Of a stretch of DNA of 64,000 nucleotides, positions 17,413-28,100 are shown one piece after another (the first letter of the stretch is position 1; each line of letters starts with the position of its first letter). Origin of the DNA: Trichinella spiralis (Eukaryota); contig NW_003526943.1 of NCBI RefSeq assembly GCF_000181795.1, forward strand, positions 3,424,609 through 3,488,608. Reading direction: 5' to 3'. The notes below the pieces were generated by a model. It saw nothing but the letters and a program-made list of their open reading frames with translations, did no database searches and was not told the origin of the DNA. A program made the translations under genes and the position numbers.

Positions 17413-18003
17413 TAAAAGAACGGACAAATTTATGTGTGCATTCCAATTTTGACTTTCAGAAGAGAATTTTATTGAAAAGAAAGCAAAAGAAACTCTTTGA
17501 ATGCACTGTTTGAACACGCACTGAACTTCTTTGGCCAAGCATACTTTCAATTTCATGAATATTTTAATTTGTCAAAAGTTTTGATTATTATTTTAATTTG
17601 AGATAAATTATTCATTTTTTAATTTATTTATGTCTATTTTATTTTATTCAAGCTGCCCCAGTTGATTGAAGTTGGAATGAATTTTCAAATTCATCCGTGG
17701 TTTTTGTACAACAGTTTTCCTGTTATTGCAGTAAAAATTCATTAAAATCAAGCCACTCGACTTTATTATTTGGTCAAAGCTGCGAGTTGAAATTAAGTTT
17801 CATAAGTTGAGCTAATAAATTGACGAAATTGTTTTTGTTTTGTCCTGCAAAATTTTGCTTATTCAGTGTAAATTCCATAAAGAACATATTACAAATAAAA
17901 ATAGTATCCACTGTTTTACCGAATTGATCACTTGCATTGCTGGAAAAGGTGGAATTTAATTTCTTATCATTTTTTAATTCATATTCAGGATATATACTGT
18001 ATT

Positions 18004-18942
18004 TTACAAATTAGCACCACTGGCATTGCTGATACGTTGCGTCCGAAGTCCACCTGGCCAAACTCTGATCGACGATTGATTGACTTTTCTGTTTTTCACA
18101 TCAGTCAAATTTTGTGTAAGCATTCCGGCTGCAAATCCCGCTCTCCAATGGCTGAGCAAAGCTTGTGGTCTGCTTTCACTATTTTTCTTCATTCGCAACA
18201 GTCTCGAAGCGAACACCAGCCTCTCAATTGCAATACTGACTGGTACCAACACCAGACTGCAAATGAGTATCACCACCGCCCAAAGTGGCATGGATACAGG
18301 ATGGGAGGGCTTATTTTGCTCGGCTTTATCGAAGCTTCGACCAAGCTTGACGGTGAAATCATGCAACAAATCGTACCAACTTGTTCTACGTTCGATGAAC
18401 AACGAATCGCCGGACAAAGTCAAATGCACGTCCGGATCTCGACGAATCATTTGCAAAAACCGATTGCTGAAACGTGCAATTAAAACGGATCTGTCGGTTT
18501 GATCTGAAACGATCACAGCTATATCCGTAGTGCAGGAGAAATTTTTTTGCCAATAATTTAAAAATTCCGTTCCGTGACGGTTGAATTCGTCCCAATCAGA
18601 AAATGCGGGCGAGGCCAGTTGATCAGCCAAATGTGACACCCAGATGCTGAAATTAGCAAATGCTGCAATGGTTGTTGGCTTTGGAAATAAATTTTGTCGG
18701 ACTAGGAATATGAAAATTTTCCACTCTGCACACGGTTGCAAACCGAAAAGTCCATCTGGATTGCAGAAGCAACTTGAAAATCGGCCAGATCCAATCAACT
18801 CTGCATGAATGAGATCCGCTTCGGTGCGGCTCATTATTGCAAACGAATCGCAGAACAATGTACTGCCAAGATAGATCATTGAACACATGGACATCAAATT
18901 CAAACTTGTATTCGTGCAAGAAGATATCGGTTCAGTTGGCAT
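18004..18942 (-). CDS. Single-pass membrane protein with a MOLO-1/TPM-like extracellular domain
   Basis: 312-aa ORF. FCNPDGLF and FLNYWQKNFSCTTDIAVIVSDQTDRSV resemble recalled MOLO-1/TPM motifs (CDPDG; W..g.C..d..i.....DR). TM segment LWAVVILICSLVLVPVSIAI is followed by a basic tail. Confidence 0.55.
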   Translation of the reverse strand: MPTEPISSCTNTSLNLMSMCSMIYLGSTLFCDSFAIMSRTEADLIHAELIGSGRFSSCFCNPDGLFGLQPCAEWKIFIFLVRQNLFPKPTTIAAFANFSIWVSHLADQLASPAFSDWDEFNRHGTEFLNYWQKNFSCTTDIAVIVSDQTDRSVLIARFSNRFLQMIRRDPDVHLTLSGDSLFIERRTSWYDLLHDFTVKLGRSFDKAEQNKPSHPVSMPLWAVVILICSLVLVPVSIAIERLVFASRLLRMKKNSESRPQALLSHWRAGFAAGMLTQNLTDVKNRKVNQSSIRVWPGGLRTQRISNASGANL

Positions 18943-21638
18943 CTTTTCATCTATATTTCAACTTTTCTTCTTAATCTGAAATAATAAATTCACACTATAA
19001 TAATAATAACAAATAATCAATCTTGTTCAACTTCTTTTTCTTTTCACATGCTTCATGTTATTATAACATTTGCATATTATTTATTATCCAAAACTAGTGA
19101 ATAAAATTATCTTATGTAAAGTGCGGTTTGCTGATTTGCAATTGCTAATCATAAGACATTGATTGTGAACATTTCCATTTACAAATGTTAAAATAAAGTA
19201 GAGTTGATCATGCTTGGAAAAGGCGAAACAATGATTTTATTCCATGCATCAATAATTTACATAATTATATGGTATATTATTTCTGCTAGATGTCAACGTT
19301 TCCAGTAAAGTGAGCATGTTGAAGCCATTTAAGAAAAAAAAGAATATTTAATAAAAGCAAAAGTTTGAATCAATAAATTAATTTTAAGAAAACAATTTAT
19401 GCCAAGTTTTGAATATTTTTTAAATAAATTAAAATTTTATTTAGTAAACATAGTGTACTGTGATCAAGTAATTTTGTTCGTTTAAAAAATGATTTTGAAA
19501 AAATATTACTTAATAATAACAATAATGGGATAACTTTTGCTTTGCAATAATGATGCATCATTGAAAGATGTTTCGTAAATTACTTAATTAATGAAATAAT
19601 TTTAAAAATACATACCGGATGTTTTGTTTTCTTTTTTGTTGTGAATTAATACACAAGTTTCAGTGTTGAATTTGTTCAAGGAAACAAAAATGAATAAGTT
19701 TAAATTGTTGATATTGTTCTAAAAATAGAAAAATCCTTTTCACCAGCGCCGCAGTTTGAAAAGACCTCTCCGAGATCAGCTTATCATCAATGGCTTAGCG
19801 GGCTTTATCAATGCTAACTGATGAAGTGGCACTCGCAGGCCAATTACAGTCGTCAGCTAACACTATTATTGCTTTTATAAATAAAAGTAATCCATCCATC
19901 TTTCAAATTCACTTCTTCTCCAAGTTCTGTTTTCCTCTCGATTATTATTAAGGGAAAAAATTTGATATCACATGAAAATTGTACTGCAATGTTTTTCGTT
20001 TAAATAATTTTCTTTTATTTGCTATTTTTTATTTATAATTCTTTCATGAAAAAAGAAAAAGTTTTCAACTTCAGTGGAGCAATTTCAAAAGCAAATGAAA
20101 CCCTTGATGAAATGATTAAAAAAAAGTCAAGTATTGCTTTATGGTCGGATATTAGCTTGTTTGAAACGTGATTTACTGTGAATCACGTGACTTATTGATC
20201 TCGTGTGATTCTTCCACCAGGCATTGTATCAGTTGTGGAATCATTAAAAAATCGATCCCGGGCGATTGTTAGCAACATGTTCAAGAGAAGTTGTCTTTTA
20301 ATGTCACTGGCGAAAGCAGATTCCAAATTATCTCAGCCGCCTTGTCCACAACTGCAACTCAATTTCACCGCATGCGATGTGTCGCACAACCAAATTGAAC
20401 AACCCCAAACACAAGCAGCATATTCTTCATTGGATAATTTTTCAATCTATAGAAGTTCATAATTATGCAAATGATAATGGAATTTTTTTTACACTTTACC
20501 CTTACATTATTTGTTTTTATTGAAAATAATACTGAACTTTCGTACCACATCACATTATTATGCATCATGTTAGCATTTTATTTTTGATATGTTAACGATC
20601 AATTTACACATTTCAGTTGTTGAAATGCACAACATCATTCACTGATAACTGAATTGCGCAGTTTTGATTTCGATTATTCTGGACGTGACGAATTACTTAC
20701 TCCCACTGAATAGGACAGTTGATAAACAGAGTTTCAACTTCTCCACTGGCAGAAGATGAATAGAGTTCGAAAATCTAGCACAACATATTTTTGAATCATT
20801 TATTATTAAAATATGCAAAAATAAACAAATGCAAATTGTTAAAATTGTAATGAAATTTTCAAGAAAACCAATTCGACAATTTCACGCAGAAATTTACATA
20901 CTCTGAGGAAATATTCAGCACTTTAACGTCTAAAACGTTCATTTTTACCCCTCTTTCGAGTGACATTAAAATTTAAATAAATCAAATGAAAAACTACTTT
21001 TCCGCAATTGTCACTTGAAGAAGACCACTTGGAATAATTGGAAACAGCTTTTATTGAAAAATAAAAATTGATTCTCAATTTCTCTGTTCTGATAATTGAA
21101 TAATTTTCAGCATGATACAATAAATCACATATTTATTACAATATGACACTGAATAAGAATACATACAAATACGAATGTTCTAAATCCTTTTTCCCTTATT
21201 TACTTTTGTTCAGGATAATTTTATCAGAATAATGTAACTTTAAATTTATCGAATTTAAAATAAATTAAAAATACCTACCTGCTTATTGATTTAAACTACT
21301 GATTTTATCGTAATATTACCTGTTTCAATGGAATGCCATGCTATGCTGATAAGATTATGCATACTGTGTTGAACAAAGTTTAAATTATTAATCAACTAAA
21401 AATAATTCACTATCGCTGAAATTAAATAATTCTTCTAATTTAAATATTCTAGAGATTATAATACGAGGCTGTTAACAGTACTTGTTTAGCTGTTTGAAAG
21501 TTAAATAAAGAAAATGAGTCTTTTAAAATCCTTTATTGATAATCAATATAAACCATTTATGGAATGGCGTAGAATGTGACCTGACAAAAGAAATGTTAAT
21601 GAATACGCAGTAGAATAAAAAAACTAACTGAAAAGATG

Positions 21639-22502
21639 TTAACTTTTGCGCTTGTTTTCTGCCCATTCACACATACGATCAAATAAAGTCCAATTCAGAG
21701 CACTCATCAATGATTTTCTTGCCATGCGCAAAGTATAGCCACGAAATAATGCCAAAAAACCGCCTTTGGTTAACAGCTGTCGAGCTACCAGTAAAGACGA
21801 ATTTTCAGCAGTAGAGAAAAGCTGCATCCTGGATCGTACAGTATCAAACGGCTGAGTTAGCAAACAAGCCACACCACCAGCCAGAAAACCACAACCAAAC
21901 CGTTGCATGTCCGTCAATCGAGTGTCCAATTTTTGTTCCAAAAATCTCATTTGAAAACGATAAAACAGCAAATAAAGCCCAGAGTACGGTGCATCGCGAA
22001 GTATTGTTGGTATAATACCTGCGGTCAAACCGCGTATGTGTCGTTTGCGTATAATAAGACGAATCGCCTGAGCTATGGAATGGTAAGAATAATGAAAACT
22101 TTCGTATCGAGTTTTCACAATAGTCAGCGGCATAAAAACAACTGTGGTCAAAGCTCGGGCGCTGAACCCGACAAGCAAATGACGCAAATTCGGCTGAATA
22201 CTAGCTGACAAAAAATTGTCAATTAATTGTACTTGAAAAAAATAAAATCCGACGCCTGGAACCATTCTACACAACGTAGGCCATGTACCTTTCCAGAATC
22301 CTCGTATTCCTTCGCCTTTGAAAGTGTGCAAGCTGATTTCATAGACACTTGCATGACGTAAAGCAGGTGAAGGATTTTGAAAACGCGTTTTAATTACATC
22401 AAGTGGCTGAAATAGCACAGATGAACACGCACCAGCGGCCAGACCAAATATAATTGTATATAAGGTTGGCTCTTGGCTTAATGTCGAAGCATTCAGCTTC
22501 AT
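21639..22502 (-). CDS. SLC25A38: Mitochondrial glycine transporter (SLC25A38/Hem25), intronless
   Basis: Three carrier repeats (FQPLDVIKTRFQ, MPLTIVKTRYES, TQPFDTVRSRMQ) and the subfamily motifs VPGVGFYF and RDAPYSGLYLLFY. Likely ATG at 22502. Confidence 0.92.
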   Translation of the reverse strand: MKLNASTLSQEPTLYTIIFGLAAGACSSVLFQPLDVIKTRFQNPSPALRHASVYEISLHTFKGEGIRGFWKGTWPTLCRMVPGVGFYFFQVQLIDNFLSASIQPNLRHLLVGFSARALTTVVFMPLTIVKTRYESFHYSYHSIAQAIRLIIRKRHIRGLTAGIIPTILRDAPYSGLYLLFYRFQMRFLEQKLDTRLTDMQRFGCGFLAGGVACLLTQPFDTVRSRMQLFSTAENSSLLVARQLLTKGGFLALFRGYTLRMARKSLMSALNWTLFDRMCEWAENKRKS

Positions 22503-23022
22503 GACGGAATAGATAAAAATTACGTTCTTTAGAATACAAATTCTGACGAATACTTCCAAAGTACATTTTACTTTATTATTTTTCTATTAAAAACGCTATT
22601 TACTTTGTCAATTGAAAGAATCAACCATAAAAAATTACACATTTTCAGACTAGACTGAACGAAAAGATTACACGCTACCGTAACGGATTAAAAGGTACAA
22701 ATTATTTTTTCAAGATTACAAACTAAAACTAAGATGTACAGTACTATAATTCTACAATACTAAATGTGCAGAATTCTTAAACAAAAATGCATCCTAAAGG
22801 CATTAAATGAATGAAAACAATGAATTTACCTACCAATAAACAAGGAATGGTCAGTGATGCGCAATTACGTAAATAGCAAGTATGTTAAAATGCTAAAAGC
22901 TGCATTACATAACATTTTTTTCATTTCTTATGTATCAAAACTGTAGTTTCACATATATTCACACTGAAAATAATCAAGACGTCAAATGAAATCTTCAACA
23001 TTTTTCACACTTTAAGCAGACA

Positions 23023-24322
23023 TCACATTAAAGTCGTTCTCTTTTTACACTAATTTGTTTTGGCGTTCAGTTCTTCATACCGTTTCAACCAAATGGAAAA
23101 TTTTTCATTTGCATCAGTATATAGCTAAAAAAATTTTTTAATTAGTTCCACTTCTGTTACATTTTTATCGCATAAAACTTTATGTGGCGTCAACTTCAAA
23201 ACAATATCTCATGAGACAAATGTCACTGCATACCCGATTGCTGTTCAAAAATATATAAACTGTTGTTTCACATAAAATTTCCTTATCGATTAACTATTGA
23301 AAAAAATATAACTTCTTACCACTTCTGGAATTTTCACAGCTGGAACAGTAAGTTCTCCTTCGAAATAATCTAACAAAAAATTTGCCGTAAGAAAATTCAT
23401 GTGAAATTTTGACACATACCACTAGCATTTTCTAAAGTATCAAATGTTTTGCGCTCCTCTTCCTGTACTGAAACTTTTCGTTCATTTTTCTTTTTATCCT
23501 AAATATATTTCAAATAAAAACCCAAACAATATAACACGATAAACATAAAAAGTAGGATATTATAAATGTAAAAATCCTGCCATTTTTCTTTCGTGAACTG
23601 ATGAACGAAATGCCTGTGGTGCAAAACCACTTTTTTCTATTTCACTTATCTCCTTCCATCGATCTCCTTCTGTCAACATGTTTTTCACCTCCTTTTCCAT
23701 ATTCGCTACAAGAAGATTCATTTATATTTACAAATTTAAAATTGTCAGAAAAAAGTTCATTAATTTACCGTTAGTTTTCATATAATTTTCAGCAATTTTT
23801 AGGTCACTCTTTATCTTGTTCTTCAACAATTCAACTTTTTTCTAAGAAAAACAATCTTTGTTTATAATCTGCTAAAAATTAGTCAAAATACTACCATTGT
23901 GTTTTTCGAAGAATGTCTAAATATAATAATTATCATAAAAAATTACAACCTTAATAATATCACAAACAAACCTCTTGAATGAATGATGGCTTTTCGAATG
24001 AGAAGACTTCTCACGTGAGTTTTCTGATCTGAAACATAATTATTGCATTATAAATATTAACGGTATATATTAGCATACCTTCGTCCGGAATATTCATCAG
24101 AGCTATCATCTGAAGATTGAGAACGACGGTGTCCACTATGACCACTAAATTTACTAGAGTTTAACAAGCCAGATAACACACAACAAAACTTATAACATTT
24201 TTACATTTAAAAAATTATACTTATGAAAATTATACGTTATTTTGAGAAGACTAAAATTTTTATTACTGTCTTGATTTCCAGTCGTCTCTTTTCTTGTGAT
24301 GTGATGATGAATATTTCGACAT
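23023..24322 (-). CDS. RSRC1 (SRrp53)-like Ser/Arg-related protein, ~10 small exons (missed by the ORF track)
   Basis: Manual splicing gives a Ser/Arg/His-rich N-terminus, RWKEISEIEKSGFAPQAFRSS (cf. RSRC1 KEIEAIESDSFVQQTFRSS) and C-terminal NLYTDANEKFSIWLKRY (cf. NLFIEKADAEEKWFKRL). Confidence 0.7.
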
Positions 24323-25177
24323 GCAAACGAACAATAAAATTGAAATAAGCAAACTTGATGATTGATTGTATAAATATAATAAGGTACAAATGAAGTACTG
24401 TACGTTAATGGCAGTGAGAGCTTTGACTATTTACAAAAAAGAATGAAGACTTTCTTACACAAATTAAATAAAAGTTCATTCAAGTATTTTACAAATATCC
24501 TACTTCAAATTTAGTAAATAAATCGTACAAGCACGTAAGCAGCAAACAGTCAGAATTAGCCAATTTCTGAGGACGAATTTTTCCTTTACACTAGTTAATA
24601 AAAAACATGATGCATTTGTGATGAAATAAGTTAAACAAAGTATGACAGTTCGCTTTAGAATAAATTAGCATTATGATGTTGAAAACCAACATATTATTTA
24701 TTTTCTTTAGTCAGTTCTGCAAAAACTGAAATTAATTGTACTTGCATGTTCACTTACTGTATTGTATAATCATTGTAATAATGTTACAGTTTAATACATG
24801 AACTGTTTTCATTATTTATTATGTGATATTTTTTATAATACACAATTAAATCGTAATTAACGATCGAAAGTCGTTATTTGTTAAAAAGCCAAGTTTATTA
24901 ACTGGAATTTGTTTAAATTGTTAAAAAAAATAATTTTAATAAATATTAATTTCAGTTCAATGTATAATTAATTTGATCTATATGTGTGCTTTCTTAACGA
25001 AAGAATTACCGTACATAACGACCTTTAACTTTACCTTTTAACCAACTTTCTTACTGTTATTTTTTTCCAAAGAACTTAATTTCACGATTGTATTTTATTT
25101 AGCTGTTTCACGAGAATGTGTTGTCCAACGGAATTTATATTTACTTTTGCAGAAAACTAAAATTATTTTTAAACGTT

Positions 25178-28100
25178 ATGAAAGCATTCAGCTTTCAGAA
25201 ACCACTTGAGTGGGTTAGCTCTCTTTTAGCGCGATTTGAAGATCAGGTAGAAAAAAATTGACTATGTTGATCAACCGCTGCTTAGACTTATTCATTTAAG
25301 TTACCTGTGAAAACAGGCCCTCTAAAAAATCAAAGCCGTCTGTTGTTGGAGCAAAGTCGAGCATGTCTTGTGAACGTTTCCAAGTTGAAATTTTCTATGG
25401 TAGTGGGTGGCCTTATTCGCGTTTTGCAAACTGTAAATTCTATGGTAATTAATTTTTTTATTTTATTTTTAATTCTACAGTTGTGAGAGGAAATGTTTGA
25501 ATTTACTGATATAAATTGAATTACAGAAAACATCTTCTGAACAAGATCTCTTCGATTCACAATGCTTTATTTTGGACACTCTTGAAAGATGTTTGGCTGG
25601 CGTAAGATTAATTTCATGGAAAATCACGAACGTTATACTTTCTCTTGTTATTACATGCTTATAGCCACAGGACGTATCCAGTCGTATAGATGAGGCGAAC
25701 AATGTAAAAATTATAATCCATGAAATGTGTCAAGTATGTTTCGTTGTTTGTCAGAGATGTATTCTTGATGAAGGTTTTGACTGTGATTGCGTATAAGAAA
25801 AATTATGTTAAATTTTAGTTTATTCAACTTTCATCTGACAGCAATCAAGCGATTCAGTTGAAAGAAAAAGCTTCCAAAGTGATATACAATTTAAGCTTGT
25901 CAAGTTTTAACGTGATATTTAACCGAATTGTTGCGAAGTGAGAAATATTTAATTTATACAGTATGTGAGTTTTGCAAAATTTCAATTTTAATATTTCAGG
26001 CTGAAAGCTGTCTCTTGTGAACCTTCAGCAGTGTCAGTTCCATCGGATTTGATGGCTAGCAGCAGCGATAATGTTGACATTGAATTGATGCAGTATATTC
26101 ACTTTGATTTGAAATCTTTGATTAAACTTTTACGAGGTATACCGTTTTTCAACTTTTGATTGCTGAATAACGCTTGTTCATTTCAGAAATTAGTTACCAT
26201 AAGCCATTTAAGAAGGAGAACAATCAAATTCTTTTTCGCAGTTTAGAAAATGTAAGTGAAAAGCTTTATCGTAATTAAAAAGAAGAAAAAACAGTTTGTT
26301 GTAAGGCAATTCTTAAAATATCCGCTCAGTATACGGCTGGTCATTTAAAAAAAAGGCAGTGAGTTTATTATTGTTACAATTGGGCAATGTTCAGAATTAA
26401 GCAAGTACAAAATGAAAATAAATTATTTGCTTAATACAAGTAATTAATAAGAATATATCTGCTAATGGAATGTCGATTTTTAAGGTCATATGGAACTGGA
26501 TGGATACTTACCCAGATGAATTTCATAATTTACAAGTCGAACAGAACAATGAATTGAATGGTATCTTACTTTTTATATTTCAAATTTTTTTTAAATTAAC
26601 AGTTTAAAGAATGAAAAATAGACGTTTGTGTGAATAAAGTTGGAAAATTATTTGAATGAAATTATTTTAAATAAAATTCAGCGTTAAAATTGGTTGTTAT
26701 ATTGGGCATTTTAATGCGAGATTTGGTATACTTTATTTAATCGTGGTAAAATTTTCAGATTGCTGTGATCGATTGTTTGATCAGTTGGATACGTACGGAG
26801 CCGAATCGTCGAAAAGGAAAGCCATAGTATGGCCTTTACAGATGATGTTACTTATTTTGTGCCCAGTGAGTGAAGAGAATATGTTTTTTAATTTGAATTT
26901 GCTGCATAATTTTTTTATAAATATTCTTCTTCTTCTTCTGCTTTTTTAGAAGGTTTTAGAAGAAATTCATCATATCAGTTGTGGTGCACCATGCCCAATT
27001 CGACTTGTGAAAAAGGTGATAAATTTGAAATTTTCCATGTTCGATTTTTGTGTACAGATAAAACTTGAATCATAATTGATTTTTATTATAAAATTATAAT
27101 TGAACAAAAAGTAAAATTGATCGATTGATTGATGTTTCAGAAAGTATTCTTTGATTCAATAAAGAAAACAATGTCCCAAGGGCATAGTCATACGTGTAAG
27201 CATCATTTGTTGTCGTCGGCGTGCATTGCAGGTGTGAAATTATGCAAAGCTGCGATTTACGTGAATGTGGTCGATTCGGCGAACGTTTTCTTTGCTTTAC
27301 TTCAATCAATTATTACCGATTTGAAGGTGACAATTTACTGTTTAAATAGTAACAAAATGCGAATGCATTGTATTTTATGGAAATTTGATTTTTCATCTGT
27401 CCATTTGTTTTCTAGTCATATTTGTTTAATCCAATAAAGCCGTTGTTCAAAAATCCATCTTCTGCCCAAGAATTGGACGTGATGATCGATTGTTTTGTGG
27501 CACTGTTCCGTCTCAGCTACAATAACGAAGTGTTTCGAATATGTCTGAATGCTCACCCGGTGGTTCCACATCAGCTGGTACTGGTGATGGCTTTGTACCG
27601 AATCGCGGTCCAAGCCAGGCTACCGTGGTGGCCGAAAATCGACCTCGTCTACAGTCGTTCCGGCGAGCTGTTACAGATGTTCAACGAAACGTTGAGTCGG
27701 GTGTGTCAGGGTGTTAGCGTGGTCGGTTGCTTGTTGCCGACACCGTCGTCCACCACATGTCAGCCGTCTTCCCACGGTCCAACGTCAACCACGCACATGC
27801 CTCTTCGAGTGACGCACAGCTTGCACAGAATGACCGGCAAATTGAAGGAGAAGAGTCTGGCTGGTTCGCAGCCGTCCGCGACGGGCGTTGCCGGCGGTGG
27901 CGCCGGGAGCGGTGGCTGCGTGGGCGGTTGCACGGTCGCTTCGGCCGCGTCGGTATCTTCGTTGACCGGCAACGCGAACAGTTCGTCCGTGGAAGACGGC
28001 TGCCAGCAGCTTTTGTTCTGGCTAATTCGTCTGATGTGCATCGAACCGACCCTTTTTCTCCACCACGGTCCCGAATCGACCAGCACCGTGGCTCCGTCGT

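Noticed and set aside
17932..18502. 183-aa and 140-aa plus-strand ORFs
   Set aside because: They start at non-ATG codons, shadow the 312-aa minus-strand gene and have no independent features.
20333..20335. In-frame TGA after a Cys-rich minus-strand stretch (selenocysteine or readthrough?)
   Set aside because: No redox motif, no supported gene model and no SECIS-like hairpin seen.
23500..23600. Possible GC-AG intron in the RSRC1-like gene (ATG|gcagga)
   Set aside because: An in-phase GT donor (TCA|gttcac) lies a few codons upstream, so a non-canonical site is not required.
26561..26570. Donor GTATCTTA (and GTATCCGG at ~35776) as possible U12-type introns
   Set aside because: Neither matches the GTATCCTT consensus, and no CCTTAAC-type branch site lies near the acceptors.
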